A stretch of 64,000 bases of DNA from Trypanosoma brucei (taxonomy: Eukaryota), in contig CM000208.1 of assembly GCA_000002445.1 (NCBI GenBank), positions 1,504,001-1,568,000 on the forward strand, read 5' to 3'. The position numbers and the translations under genes were made by a program. Shown here one piece after another: positions 1-10,541 of the stretch (within the stretch, counting starts at the first letter, position 1; each line of letters starts with the position of its first letter). The notes under the pieces are model-generated. The model was not told the DNA's origin. It ran no database searches and was given only the letters and a program-made list of their open reading frames with translations.

Positions 1-3000
1 AACACTGCCAACTTCAGGTTGTACGCGGTACGAAGTTCCACCTCTCCCGTGGCGGCCTCGATAGCATCCACCCACAGTTCATCCATGTCTAAGAGGTTTT
101 CTGCGGTTTCAGTAAAGCGAAAATTAATGAGTTTATAACGGCATGAGTAAATATGATTAACGATGCTACTCAAATCCTGAAACATGATCCTTCGTGCCGC
201 TCCACGGGTACGAGGAGCTGGCCGGTGCGTCACATACCTTGCTACTCTCGGGGAGAGCGTAGGAATGGTGGGACTGGCATTGAATGTGGGTGGCACTTTC
301 GCTGCGGGTGACATGCCACCAGATTCGGGCGGTGCGGCTGCAATGACATTCCGCCACCGCTGCCAATATTTACGGAGGCAGTAAAAACTAGTGGTGAAGG
401 AAAGCACCTTCACCTTAAGGTGGGCACGCTCTTCTATACGAAGGGTACGCACAAGCTTCACCCGCCCGCGCTGCATAACCCGATCGTAAGTGGCCCAAAT
501 CCACCTGTTCCACCACATCCTCCGCACATTCGTTATGTGGGCATTGAGCATAACAGATGCCATCCTAGAAAGACTATTAAAGTTTTTCCTCTTGATGTTG
601 CGCAACATATGCTCGCGTCGGAAGTACTTGCAATGAAGCCTCCATGCACGGAATGCATTTTCAGCCGCATTAAACGCATTGATCGTAGAATACCGGGTTA
701 TCAACATCCCCACGCGATCCGAAATGCCGCAATACAAGGAATTATACAAATCCCGCTGCGCCGTACGGACAGATACTGCGTTTTCTCTGCACTGCATCAA
801 TGTTAACAACAAACTACTGAAGTTGTTTTCCCGAGACTTTGCATGTGCATCAAGTGTTTTTCTAGCATCAAGTTTTACGATGGACGTGCCGCAATATGGC
901 CTACAGAACAAAGAAGAACGGTTTGCTTTGATGTCATTGGCATCAAAACAAATCCTGGACACTTTGAGGATCGCAAACTGCTGAAGAACTGAAAGCGGAG
1001 CGAAGTTCACAAAGTGAGCGAGGGGATACTTTTTACACTCGCGGTGCATCTCCAAGTGAACAACCCTACCATTACTAAGCAACGACCCAACTTGCTGACG
1101 CTTCCAATCAACCAAACTGGGTGGGCCCAAGGCTGTGTCAGCAGACGGATGAGGGACCCTCGTGATCACTTTATCGGTCATAGTCGAAAACACCGAAAGA
1201 AGTCCATCATTGCGGGCGATCCACAGCTGGGACTTCATCTGGTCATTGAACAACAGCACAACGGGCTGCGAGTGTCTCTCTATTATGCGCCGCTGGAAAA
1301 CTATACTAAATGTAATGTCATCGGTCCTCTGAAAGGGATCTCTACGAGGGCTTTGGCCCGGGGAAGAACTCCCACCTTTGCCCTTCCGCAACTTGGGTGC
1401 GCACTGCATGTTCATCACGACACCCTCAACGGAAACGTAAAACCGCAAATTATTGAACACACAATACAGGGCACGATTGTTTGTCAACTCATCGAAGGTG
1501 TTGGCAAGTGCTCGGCGTCGAACCTCCTCCGGTGTTGGGTGTTCCAACAACGAGTAGTGGAGCTCAGGGGGATCTGGAAGGAGTCGCATTGTAACCGTTA
1601 TGACTGGCGGGAGATCTACAACAATGCCTGTCACTGTTCCACCATCTATGAGATCCTTGGTGAACTTCGCTTTCCGAGCATAAAGGTCATTAATTTGTCG
1701 ATGATCTGCCGCACCGCTGGTGCGCCCGCGCTCCTCCCTTCTACTGGGGGAACGGCAAGTGTTTACGTAACTCTGTGCTGAAACTTGCTCCACGTAACGT
1801 GCCCCAACTGAGTACGTAGGTAGGTACGATCGGCGCCCCGCAGAAGGCGTTCGGTAGAAGTCAGACACATCGTGCTCAGTTGACTCCGTAAGCACTGTTG
1901 CAACCTTTCCTGTGGCGGTCCTATGTGTACGGGATGCTTTTCTTTTCTTGGTTTTTGCGGACCGAGTTCGTGCGGTAGTTCCGCCATTTGGAGATGCAAC
2001 ACCACCGCCAGGAACGTCTCGACGATCCCTTGTACTAGACGTAAAGGGGTCCCAAGGTGCTTTGCTCCTCTTTACCTTGCCAACTGCTTTTGCGACTTTC
2101 TTCCCTGTCGTTTGAGATGTCCATTGAGTTGCCGCAGTCCGAGGAGTGCTACAGAGTGAACCTCTCAAACCATCAAATACGGACGCCCCAAATCGTGCAG
2201 TCGAAGGTGGCGATACCTTCCTCTGCTTCTTTATTGTGCTTACAGGTGTCCCCCTCCTGCTGGTGGATTTGTGTGGTTGGCACGCATCGGAACCCTTGGA
2301 TGTCGCAACACCATTTTTTCGAGTGCTGCAACTCGTTGTGGTGAAGCAAAGAGATGAAAGCTGCTGTTTTTGTGCCGGTGTTTTTGTTACCCTCGACACG
2401 CCTCTCGCCGATACCTGTGAAATAACACCGATGCCCTGTGACTGCTCCCGCACGGCAAGTCTCGGCGTTGAAGCTGACGTTCGGGTAGAAAGCCGTCCTG
2501 CTCTCCCTCCGGTGTTCAAGCCACTAGATCTGTTGGTTTTCGTGCTCAGTCTACCAGCAACAGACCGTGGGGTATTAACGCGCTGACGCGGACTCAGTGG
2601 TGTGCAAAATGAGTCATTGCCTTGCGGCGTCAGAGAACGATTCGTGCGTTCGTTTGAATTGCTTCGGTTTCCAAGAGATAGATTTGGTGTAAACCTTGAG
2701 CTGTCCGCGAAGCCATCCAACGCAGAAGTAGTTGGCGAATACCGCACAGGGTGTGGGTACGGATCCGATACGTCGTTGGCTAAGCAAGACTCCAACTCCT
2801 CATCCAGATCCCACAGATGTACTGTTCCATGTACATCACCAGAGAAGATGAGATTAACGCGTTTGCTTTGCACAGGCTCTGGCGCCAGTGGCGGCATAAG
2901 AATCTCCAACTCACGTTCCACGTCGCGCATCTCGCGCTCTGAAAGCCGTAACATGAAACGGTGCTCTTCACGTCTCTCCCATCGCGTCATGTCCTGAAAC

Positions 3001-4229
3001 GCGCGCCTGCTTTTAATAAGCTTTGACGCTGTTGCTTCCTTCGGATCGCGCGTCATGGCAACCACGTCACGAGGCTTTGTATAATTCCGCGTCGTCACTA
3101 CTGTGCTAATCCACTTGAGGGTGCGCAGGCCCCCAACACCACCCTTTAGTTTAAAGAGTGGTCTAACCTTCACCATCGTACAGGTAGAAAGGATGTTGCC
3201 TGGCGAACCTCCAGATGGTGAATTCACCGAAAAGGTAACAGCATCAGCCCTAAAAGAAGTGGTCCATGAGTTATAATCCTTCATCCCCGACGATCTTGCT
3301 CGACAAATAACCCTCATTTCCTCGATACAGCCGTATATTTTTTTCAAGTCCCATACCGCAATGCAAGAATCCTCAGAGGCAGTGCACACGAGAGAAAGAT
3401 GCTCACGCCCCTCTCCACCTAGTTGGGACGTGGCCGCCGTAAGCTCATGAACGGCGGCGCTCAGTCGGCTCTCCATGGCGACGTCAGTAACTTTATCATC
3501 CTCGTGGCAGGGACTACGTGCAATGGCAACGATGGCGCCCTTATGGTACTTGGGAAGCTCAAAGACGATATCCGCAATTTCCCCCTTGGCCATCATCGCA
3601 GAACGATCGCTCTCGCACACTCGCTGCGCGCTAGCAGGAAATAGCCGTATAGAGCCGTCACCAAAGCCAATCCACATATAATCCGTATTGATGAGTAATG
3701 ACTCCCGCACATGCAGAAGTTGTTTGGGAGAGTCAATAGGGATCACTTCCAACTGCCTGTTGATAAGACCCTTGAACGGTGCGTGCATGAGGGACGATAT
3801 CAAAACACCCCGCTTCGGATCGGTAATAACCATCACCACAGCACCTGTGAGGGCATCAATCACGATAACCCTGCCTTCATTTGTGCTCTCAACGGCCCAT
3901 ATTGTAGTGGTTGACCACTGCAAATCTAACGTCTTACAGAATTGGGGTGACGGTACGCAGTCTATATTACCTTGTCCCTCAACTGTGATGGCCCTTGAGT
4001 TCGCATTAAGCTGCCTTAGGGCCCTTTTAATGACACCTAAACGCGGTAATGTGCGCACGCAAACCATAAGCCGTGCCTTTAATAGGCTTGAATTGAGCGG
4101 TGAGTTGGGCTCATGCGAAAGAACGATTTGATCTTTCTTTTTGAGAATATTCTCCCACAATTCTTCAAATGCTTCATTCCACCGCTCGGGGTTTTTGACA
4201 GCGGTGGCGGCAGTGGATGAAGCCACCAT
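1..4229 (-). CDS. WD40-repeat protein with long C-terminal extension; 3' end (C-terminus) lies beyond window start; at least ~1409 aa
   Basis: Not in the ORF track because there is no in-frame stop inside the window. Manual minus-strand translation from the ATG at 4229 (upstream in-frame TAA at ~4311-4313) runs stop-free to position 1. N-terminus: MVASSTAATAVKNPERWNEAFEELWENILKK. WD-like repeats: YMWIGFGDGSIRLF, SEDSCIAVWDL, FSGDVHGTVHLWDL. A Ser/Thr/Arg-rich linker follows, then a C-terminal region (…LLFNDQMKSQLWIARNDGL…MFQDLSSIVNHIYSCRYKLINFRFTETAENLLDMDELW…). The spurious plus-strand ORFs 420..806, 1014..1781, 2602..2997 and 3688..4131 are antisense to it. Confidence 0.6.
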   Translation of the reverse strand, partial: MVASSTAATAVKNPERWNEAFEELWENILKKKDQIVLSHEPNSPLNSSLLKARLMVCVRTLPRLGVIKRALRQLNANSRAITVEGQGNIDCVPSPQFCKTLDLQWSTTTIWAVESTNEGRVIVIDALTGAVVMVITDPKRGVLISSLMHAPFKGLINRQLEVIPIDSPKQLLHVRESLLINTDYMWIGFGDGSIRLFPASAQRVCESDRSAMMAKGEIADIVFELPKYHKGAIVAIARSPCHEDDKVTDVAMESRLSAAVHELTAATSQLGGEGREHLSLVCTASEDSCIAVWDLKKIYGCIEEMRVICRARSSGMKDYNSWTTSFRADAVTFSVNSPSGGSPGNILSTCTMVKVRPLFKLKGGVGGLRTLKWISTVVTTRNYTKPRDVVAMTRDPKEATASKLIKSRRAFQDMTRWERREEHRFMLRLSEREMRDVERELEILMPPLAPEPVQSKRVNLIFSGDVHGTVHLWDLDEELESCLANDVSDPYPHPVRYSPTTSALDGFADSSRFTPNLSLGNRSNSNERTNRSLTPQGNDSFCTPLSPRQRVNTPRSVAGRLSTKTNRSSGLNTGGRAGRLSTRTSASTPRLAVREQSQGIGVISQVSARGVSRVTKTPAQKQQLSSLCFTTTSCSTRKNGVATSKGSDACQPHKSTSRRGTPVSTIKKQRKVSPPSTARFGASVFDGLRGSLCSTPRTAATQWTSQTTGKKVAKAVGKVKRSKAPWDPFTSSTRDRRDVPGGGVASPNGGTTARTRSAKTKKRKASRTHRTATGKVATVLTESTEHDVSDFYRTPSAGRRSYLPTYSVGARYVEQVSAQSYVNTCRSPSRREERGRTSGAADHRQINDLYARKAKFTKDLIDGGTVTGIVVDLPPVITVTMRLLPDPPELHYSLLEHPTPEEVRRRALANTFDELTNNRALYCVFNNLRFYVSVEGVVMNMQCAPKLRKGKGGSSSPGQSPRRDPFQRTDDITFSIVFQRRIIERHSQPVVLLFNDQMKSQLWIARNDGLLSVFSTMTDKVITRVPHPSADTALGPPSLVDWKRQQVGSLLSNGRVVHLEMHRECKKYPLAHFVNFAPLSVLQQFAILKVSRICFDANDIKANRSSLFCRPYCGTSIVKLDARKTLDAHAKSRENNFSSLLLTLMQCRENAVSVRTAQRDLYNSLYCGISDRVGMLITRYSTINAFNAAENAFRAWRLHCKYFRREHMLRNIKRKNFNSLSRMASVMLNAHITNVRRMWWNRWIWATYDRVMQRGRVKLVRTLRIEERAHLKVKVLSFTTSFYCLRKYWQRWRNVIAAAPPESGGMSPAAKVPPTFNASPTIPTLSPRVARYVTHRPAPRTRGAARRIMFQDLSSIVNHIYSCRYKLINFRFTETAENLLDMDELWVDAIEAATGEVELRTAYNLKLAV

Positions 4230-4369
4230 CCGTGCAGTCAGCGACCAAAGAAACAATGGGCACCGGCGGCAGAGAAAGGCTCCACAGATAGCAGCTTGCC
4301 TCCTCTCTATTTAGCTGCTCCTGCTGTTGTACTTCGCATATTAAATTACGATTGTAACGCATGTTCAGG

Positions 4370-4530
4370 AACGAACCAAGTTGGTACAGTAGAGAGGAAA
4401 AAAAAAAGAATAAGGTGATAAAAATAGGGACAAAAGTAACTTTCACACAGTGCATCTTGTGGTGGCAAGCACACCACAGGGAAAACAAGAAAAAGGGGGA
4501 ATGGAAGGATGCTGAAAAACACATGAAGAG
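4370..4530 (-). promoter_or_regulatory. Putative polypyrimidine tract upstream of the WD40 gene start (4229)
   Basis: Plus strand purine-rich: gagaggaaaaaaaaaagaataaggtgataaaaatagggacaaaag…gggaaaacaagaaaaagggggaatggaaggatg. That is polyY on the minus strand 150-300 nt upstream of the ATG. Confidence 0.3.
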
Positions 4531-5206
4531 GTAAACCCCAAAACACCAGCCAAACAAGTGAGACACGCGATATTCCGCATGTACTGGTGCTAGCATAAGC
4601 TGCAAAGGCGTATAATTAAAAAATAAAATTTCTCTGAATGGAGTAAAAGGGTGAGCATATGCGTGCGCAGGCCATTATTGCAACTTGCCTCCCTTTGCGA
4701 CGCTTCCCGACACACAGCGACAGTGAGAAGGTTAGACAGGGAAACAAATGCAACAAATAATCAAACAAACAAGAAAGTTAAGTAAAGTAGAGGAGAACCA
4801 AAAGAGTTTCCCAACCCCTTTTGAAGAGACCTTTTTTTCTGCGTAGGCATTCTGCTCATGTGCTGCTGCCGAAGACGTTTTTTCTCTTCCTCCCGTCCAA
4901 TGCTGCACATGCCAAATGTTGACGACCTCTATGTGTTAAAAATAAAACGCCAACATTCTCTATGGTATTGCCATCACCAACAACTTCAATTTGCTCTGTT
5001 CTATGATTACACCAAATTACTGTCAATGTATTTTTCTCCCCCTTTCGTCTGAATGTCATTAAACACAAGCGCCCCTCAGTTAAGGCAACCACGAGAGCCC
5101 AATTGCTCCCTATGGCTCTTACCCAATGCTTTCTTGTCTTTTTCTTGAAAAGTTATACAAGACTGAATGTGAAAAGTTAACAACAATGAACACTCCTAAA
5201 ATAACC

Positions 5207-8200
5207 CTATTCGTATTCCATCGTTGCGATGAAAACTTCGCTGTTGTCAAAACCATCAAGACAGGAGGTATTTGTACGTTGCGTTAAAGTCAAGGTCGGT
5301 GTATCTACTGTTGGGAGGCTCCCCATCACCGAGTGAGTCTCCTGTGAAGACCCAATAAACTCCCCTTCCACAGAAGAGGCAGTCAAGTTGCTGCCTTCCA
5401 TCCCCACTTTGCCGGCACATGATAAATTAGTCCCAACCTCCTTGTGGGGTATGCGCCAGCCGTCTGCCGACAGCATTCGATTACCAACCCAATGAGTCCC
5501 CAAAGAAGATCGCTGGTCCCCGGTTTGTGGCGACACGCCACCCTTCCCTGCGAACCTCGGCGCCGGCATGTGCTCGGGCAGAGAGTTTCCGCATAAATCC
5601 AAGCTCGGGGAAACATCGCGTGGCCGCTTGGTAACGCTGGCAGGAAGTATGTTTGGTGTGCCATCCAGCTTAGCAGCACGGCGTAGGGAAGATACGAAGG
5701 CCATCACCGTGTGATCCGTACTTGAGGCCAGTTTCTCCCGTTGTGATAGGATGCTGACTAATGCAACCGCATCATTCCTCAACAATCGGGAGCAATATGG
5801 TACCAAAGCCAGGAGGACTGTAGGGTCTACAGTTGCTGCAAATTCAATACCACAGCGGACGATGCCGACGCATGCAGAATAGTATTTGTCAGGTAATGGC
5901 CAGTGCATAGAAGATAGCTTTACTCCAACCGCTGAGAGGCTGTCAGCGGATTGCTCACGAGCAGCCAACAGAACTGACCACTCCAACGAGAGGCTGTCAC
6001 CGCTGTGGTCGCGCAACTTACGAAAGAGGCACCTAAAAATATCCGACACCGCCTTTGTTGGTGCATGACCCCACTGTGCAAGAACTCGCGGACCAGCAGA
6101 CTCTGGTAGTCTCTTCAGCATCATCAACCTCGCAACTCCCATACTCACACGCATTTGTGACGATTCCAGGTATGAAACTTTTCTGCGCAGTGGCGCCAAG
6201 GGAATAGGTTGGTCACCCTCAAGTGCTCCAGCTTCTGCCTTCTTTAACTCTTCCCGCGCACTGGTCACCTTCGATCCCAATAACTGCGACAACTGCGCAA
6301 ATCTATCCAACACCTCATTCCTTTCCGCTTCTGAAAGGATATAGTGGGGAAGCACGCAAAGGTCACACAAAATGAGCATGCCATCAACCAATAACCCAGT
6401 TGCATCTGCCCCCACATGCTCGGCATAAGCTGTCCACATAAGTGAAACGCAACGAAACAGCTCTCCAATCAATTGACTAATGACATCTCTTACATCGGAC
6501 GTGACGCCGCTATCATCGGCACCGCCCGGTGTTGTCGGTTCTCTATGTTCGTGTGTCTGCTCTTGCGCCTCACGGAGTTGCCACAAAACACAACGGACCA
6601 AACTCGTCAAAACAAGTTGGATAAGTTCTGGAGATGCCCGCGCTTCCACATGATGAAGGAAAGATGACTTGAAGAGGGTCAACAAATCCCCCATCGGTAC
6701 CAATGACGAAACAATACTTACCCTAGTCCACAGATGCAGTTGTTCCCTCTCCCATGCCTCGCCACTGGCGCGTGAAGGCGTACTACCGTTTGCTGTCAGC
6801 TGCTTGACAACTTGTCGCCGCAACTCCTGAAGTTGACCCTTCGCCTCCACTACCAAGGGATGCTCCTCGGATACCAACGCGTGCCATGCACCTGTTATTG
6901 GAACAAGAGAAAGTTGATCACTGTGCGGAAGTGCAGCAGTAACTTTGCGCATCAGCACCAGGAGTGACTTAATTTGAGAAACATCCTGCAGTGATATGAA
7001 AGCTTCCATATCCATAGCGGAAATAACGGCCGCGACGGCACCCACCACTGCCACATCACTTCGATGCCTCTCCAGAACACCGGTCAACACAACACCTACA
7101 TCGCGGCTCATCGACCCGATCACCGCGGTGATTGCCTCTTGCTTGTCTGCACTGATTTTTTTTTCTTGCGCACCCTTACGGTCATCCTTGGGAATTGGTC
7201 CCAAGTCTGTACGACCGCGCAATTTCTCGAGCAGCGCTGACAAAAAACCTAGGGCAACAACTACGTCTGTGGCGGCGTCGGACTGAGCGAGCTTCAATAT
7301 CGGCCCATACTCTCTTAGTAGCGGGGGTATATCTTGCGGAGGTGTGTAGAGGGAATCAACAATATATCTCTCAGGCATCATCTCTCCGTGCTGTGAACGG
7401 AGCATGGCAGCAAATGTGCACAGCAGTTCTGTCATGGCCTGGAGGCCAGCACTCTCGTCACGCTCATCAGTGGGAAGGCGTGTTTCAATAAAATCATGGA
7501 GAAGGGCACCAGCCTCGCGTCGGATTGTTGGGCATTCACTAAAGATGTTGAGCAAAACACTGTCGATCATCTCGTTATTGAGAAGCTGCTTATCTTCTGC
7601 TTCAGCAGAGAATATTCGTAGAATTCGACGGATAACACCGATCGCCAACTGGGAGCAATGTAGGTTGACATCATTACACATCTCAACAAGACGCTTGGAA
7701 AAGTACTGGAGGAAAAGGAACATCCGGCTGCCGCTGTCTGGTATGGAGTCGAGCGTCTCCTGAATCATCGCGAGGGCCTCGGCACGTATCTCCGGACGCT
7801 TATCATACAGCGCCATGCCAAAGTAGCGGAAGTACTTGTTCTCAGCAAATTCCTCGTCAAACTTTAGGATCCAACCCTTCAGGCTCTCAAATACCAACAA
7901 ACGAATTTCAGGTGCCACGTCACGAGCCCGCTGATGAACAGTCTGAGTTAATATTTGGTTGCGCTGCTCCACTACCGCTTGAATGACCCGCTGCTTTGCA
8001 TCAGCATGTTTCTTGTTGCGTTTGTCTGCGCATACCTGACCGTTGAGAGTTTGTATAACGCAACTGAGCGCATCAACAACGTATAGAAGAGTGGCCGTGG
8101 ATGTATGCCGGAAACAGCGGGCTTTGCTTTCGCTCATGGCCACGAGCCATGCCACAACGGTTGGCAGTAGAAATTGGTCGAACATTAGGTTCTCGCTATA

Positions 8201-8701
8201 GGAGAGCTCCACGAGACGCATGAAAAATTGTCCGTAAGCGATTCGCAACTTCTGGCTCTTAGGATCTCTTTGCGAAAACAAGTAAGCAGGGGCATTTTCT
8301 GGCACATGCGCAAACATTTCATCAAGAAGTGTGTTCATATCCGTATTTCCTTCCACTGCGGCGGCGCCCAACTCACCATCCACTACACCCGATACCTTAC
8401 CGACTAAATTCAAAATGGCAGCGCATAACTCCTGCCGATTTCCCTCACAGTAGAGACGAAGGACATCAGAAGCCACACGAGAAGGTGAAACACCACCTGC
8501 GAGGGCCGTGAACAGTGATTCCATCAGGGAAGTACCCTCCTCTGGAACAATAACTGGTGCAGTGGGTTCTTCGGTGCATAACTTCGCAGCCTTCCCCGAC
8601 GCATCAACATTCTTCGGCCGTTCCCTTTCGTTCTTCGGTGTTGGAGACACCTTCGCAGCCTTCGGCTTCTGTGACACTTTAGTCTTCACCTTCCTGGGCA
8701 T
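5207..8701 (-). CDS. SCC3: Cohesin subunit SCC3 / stromal antigen (STAG-domain protein), 1164 aa
   Basis: Stromalin conservative domain motif RARDVAPEIRLLVFESLKGWILKFDEEFAENKYFRYFGMALYDKRPEIRAEALAMIQ. It aligns with human SA1/SA2 [53 protein letters not shown]. Long HEAT-like helical protein with a basic N-terminus. Confidence 0.7.
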   Translation of the reverse strand: MPRKVKTKVSQKPKAAKVSPTPKNERERPKNVDASGKAAKLCTEEPTAPVIVPEEGTSLMESLFTALAGGVSPSRVASDVLRLYCEGNRQELCAAILNLVGKVSGVVDGELGAAAVEGNTDMNTLLDEMFAHVPENAPAYLFSQRDPKSQKLRIAYGQFFMRLVELSYSENLMFDQFLLPTVVAWLVAMSESKARCFRHTSTATLLYVVDALSCVIQTLNGQVCADKRNKKHADAKQRVIQAVVEQRNQILTQTVHQRARDVAPEIRLLVFESLKGWILKFDEEFAENKYFRYFGMALYDKRPEIRAEALAMIQETLDSIPDSGSRMFLFLQYFSKRLVEMCNDVNLHCSQLAIGVIRRILRIFSAEAEDKQLLNNEMIDSVLLNIFSECPTIRREAGALLHDFIETRLPTDERDESAGLQAMTELLCTFAAMLRSQHGEMMPERYIVDSLYTPPQDIPPLLREYGPILKLAQSDAATDVVVALGFLSALLEKLRGRTDLGPIPKDDRKGAQEKKISADKQEAITAVIGSMSRDVGVVLTGVLERHRSDVAVVGAVAAVISAMDMEAFISLQDVSQIKSLLVLMRKVTAALPHSDQLSLVPITGAWHALVSEEHPLVVEAKGQLQELRRQVVKQLTANGSTPSRASGEAWEREQLHLWTRVSIVSSLVPMGDLLTLFKSSFLHHVEARASPELIQLVLTSLVRCVLWQLREAQEQTHEHREPTTPGGADDSGVTSDVRDVISQLIGELFRCVSLMWTAYAEHVGADATGLLVDGMLILCDLCVLPHYILSEAERNEVLDRFAQLSQLLGSKVTSAREELKKAEAGALEGDQPIPLAPLRRKVSYLESSQMRVSMGVARLMMLKRLPESAGPRVLAQWGHAPTKAVSDIFRCLFRKLRDHSGDSLSLEWSVLLAAREQSADSLSAVGVKLSSMHWPLPDKYYSACVGIVRCGIEFAATVDPTVLLALVPYCSRLLRNDAVALVSILSQREKLASSTDHTVMAFVSSLRRAAKLDGTPNILPASVTKRPRDVSPSLDLCGNSLPEHMPAPRFAGKGGVSPQTGDQRSSLGTHWVGNRMLSADGWRIPHKEVGTNLSCAGKVGMEGSNLTASSVEGEFIGSSQETHSVMGSLPTVDTPTLTLTQRTNTSCLDGFDNSEVFIATMEYE

Positions 8702-9317
8702 TTACGCAAGTCACACAGCTATTTTCACCTTCTATTGGCACAGCAACGTCCAAATAATTTCAAATAAATACACCTCCGTTCTTCACCACCTTTACGTATT
8801 TCTTTTCCCACCCCTTTTGTCTCTCTTGGTATCCGCACAAAGTTGTATTGAGATACCCAACTGTAATAGTCACTGATTTGCCGATGAAGATATCTAACTT
8901 CCGAAATCTGATGGTAAAAGAAAGAGATATAGGTGGGGAAACGTAGCGAAATGATTCAGATAAAGCAACCAGCTAAACAGCACCTGAGAACGGATCTGGT
9001 CAAAGAGAGGAAAAACAAAACGTGCAATTACGTCCCGCACTTGCGTGCATCGCGTTTGGTGGTTCCATTATTCCTCCGTCTGTAACGCAGCCTTACATTG
9101 CGAACGATTTCACACACCGCGACCTCCATTTGTTTCCTCAACACTCTTTTTCACCATACAGCAAATGAACTGAAAGAGTCTATAGGGGAGGGCATAGGAT
9201 ATATGAGGAATAGAAATCAGGAACGGAGGCGAGGGCACCCTTAACGAGTATTTCAAGAAACGAAAAAGGTGAAGATCACGGAGAAGTTAGACACGGCCAC
9301 TCCTCGCGCGTGTCTCT

Positions 9318-9854
9318 TCATGAACATAGCAACTCCATCAGTGATGTTGGCATCGCCGGAGCGGGCGCGCCAGGCTGCGTTACTCGTCGAATCGTTGTTG
9401 GTGGTGCGGGTTCCTTGAGAAGTCCACACTGCGCCTCTGCAGTGCGGTTCATCATCGGGACCACCTGAAGTGTCGGCAGGGGAACCAGTTCATCGTCAGC
9501 TGGCACTTCGATTGGCGGCTCCGGCGGAATAAGTTGTGGAATGGCAAGCGGGGCTGCTGTGGGGTCGGCTGCTCCCTCCCCAGCCGCTGCATCTCCCTCA
9601 CACGCCATCCCAACTCGCACCTGCTCAGATGTGGTGGAAACAAGAGGCGCAATTTCCCCACTGGCAGCCACATCGGGTTGCCCATCAACCTGCACAGCTA
9701 CTTGCTGTGATTCCTGCTCCTTTTGAAGCACCTGAGAGACGTCGAACTCCTCAAACTTCGACAATGCGCCACGGCCTGCTTTCCGACCTTGGGTCTCAGC
9801 GCTAGCCGCGCGTTCACTGGTGGTTTGCTTCTTCTTGGTGGTCTTTTTCGCCAT
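9318..9854 (-). CDS. Hypothetical small acidic, probably disordered protein (178 aa) with a Lys-rich N-terminus
   Basis: ORF on the same strand as the flanking genes: MAKKTTKKKQTTSERAAS…. Low complexity, Pro/Ala/Glu-rich. No recognisable domain. Confidence 0.4.
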   Translation of the reverse strand: MAKKTTKKKQTTSERAASAETQGRKAGRGALSKFEEFDVSQVLQKEQESQQVAVQVDGQPDVAASGEIAPLVSTTSEQVRVGMACEGDAAAGEGAADPTAAPLAIPQLIPPEPPIEVPADDELVPLPTLQVVPMMNRTAEAQCGLLKEPAPPTTIRRVTQPGAPAPAMPTSLMELLCS

Positions 9855-10319
9855 CTTCGTCTAACTCGCTCTTTCGTTAAGATGTGAAGGACTATAGCAC
9901 GTGTTAAGAGATTGAAAGAAGATGATGGGGCGACGCAGGGACTGTAGAGAGGAAATGATAAAATAAAGCAACCAAATGTTGGGTGGCAACCCAAGAGCAA
10001 GCATCTTATTTCGGTTGAGAAAAATGGCTTCTGTTAGACGGGCCGGCAGCGCTTCAGCGGCTCGAAAGAGAGCGCGACGAAACGGACAAAAGGAAAAATG
10101 GAACTACGTCTTAGTGCCAAGATGAGTCTCCCGAAACTTCTTTTGCCCACTTGAGGGGGCTCAAAGCTACCTTCAGTTGTTGTATTTACTTCCTCTAACC
10201 CCCTGAAAAGTCTCCATCGCCTTCGACAACCCCGTTATTTCCATATATGAATATTTCCACGACGAATGCAGAAGCGCCTGGGGCAGCCTAACTGATGCGC
10301 TTGGAGAAAACGAAACGGT

Positions 10320-10470
10320 AAGAAGAACAGTAGCAGAGTACGAGTACATTACCTAAGGAAGGGGAAACGAGACTGAAGCAGTGGAAGGAAGAGAGAAGGG
10401 GAAGGGAATGGAAGGGATGGGATGGGGGAACACAACCACAACACCCGTCACACCCCACACCCTCGAACTG
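10320..10470 (-). promoter_or_regulatory. Putative polypyrimidine tract between the proteasome alpha-5 3' end and the downstream small acidic gene (coupled polyadenylation / trans-splicing signal)
   Basis: Plus strand: gaaggggaaacgagactgaagcagtggaaggaagagagaaggggaagggaatggaagggatgggatggggg. That is a long CT-rich tract on the minus strand ~500 nt upstream of the ATG at 9854. Confidence 0.3.
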
Positions 10471-10541
10471 CTACCATCCCCTCCTCCTCCAGCAAACGCT
10501 CCAAGTGATAGAAATAAGAGCTAATTCAGGTCGATGCATCA

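Noticed and set aside
420-4131. Plus-strand ORFs 420..806, 679..984, 1014..1781, 2146..2586, 2602..2997, 3423..3644, 3688..4131, suggested by the track as possible genes
   Set aside because: All lie antisense to a single continuous minus-strand reading frame (1..4229) with WD40 features. They have no recognisable motifs and are on the non-transcribed strand of the unit.
4174-4605. Minus-strand ORF 4174..4605 (143 aa) overlapping the WD40 gene start
   Set aside because: It is in a different frame from the long ORF and its product is Phe/Leu/Ser low-complexity (a translated polypyrimidine tract). It overlaps the putative 5' UTR/SL-acceptor region.
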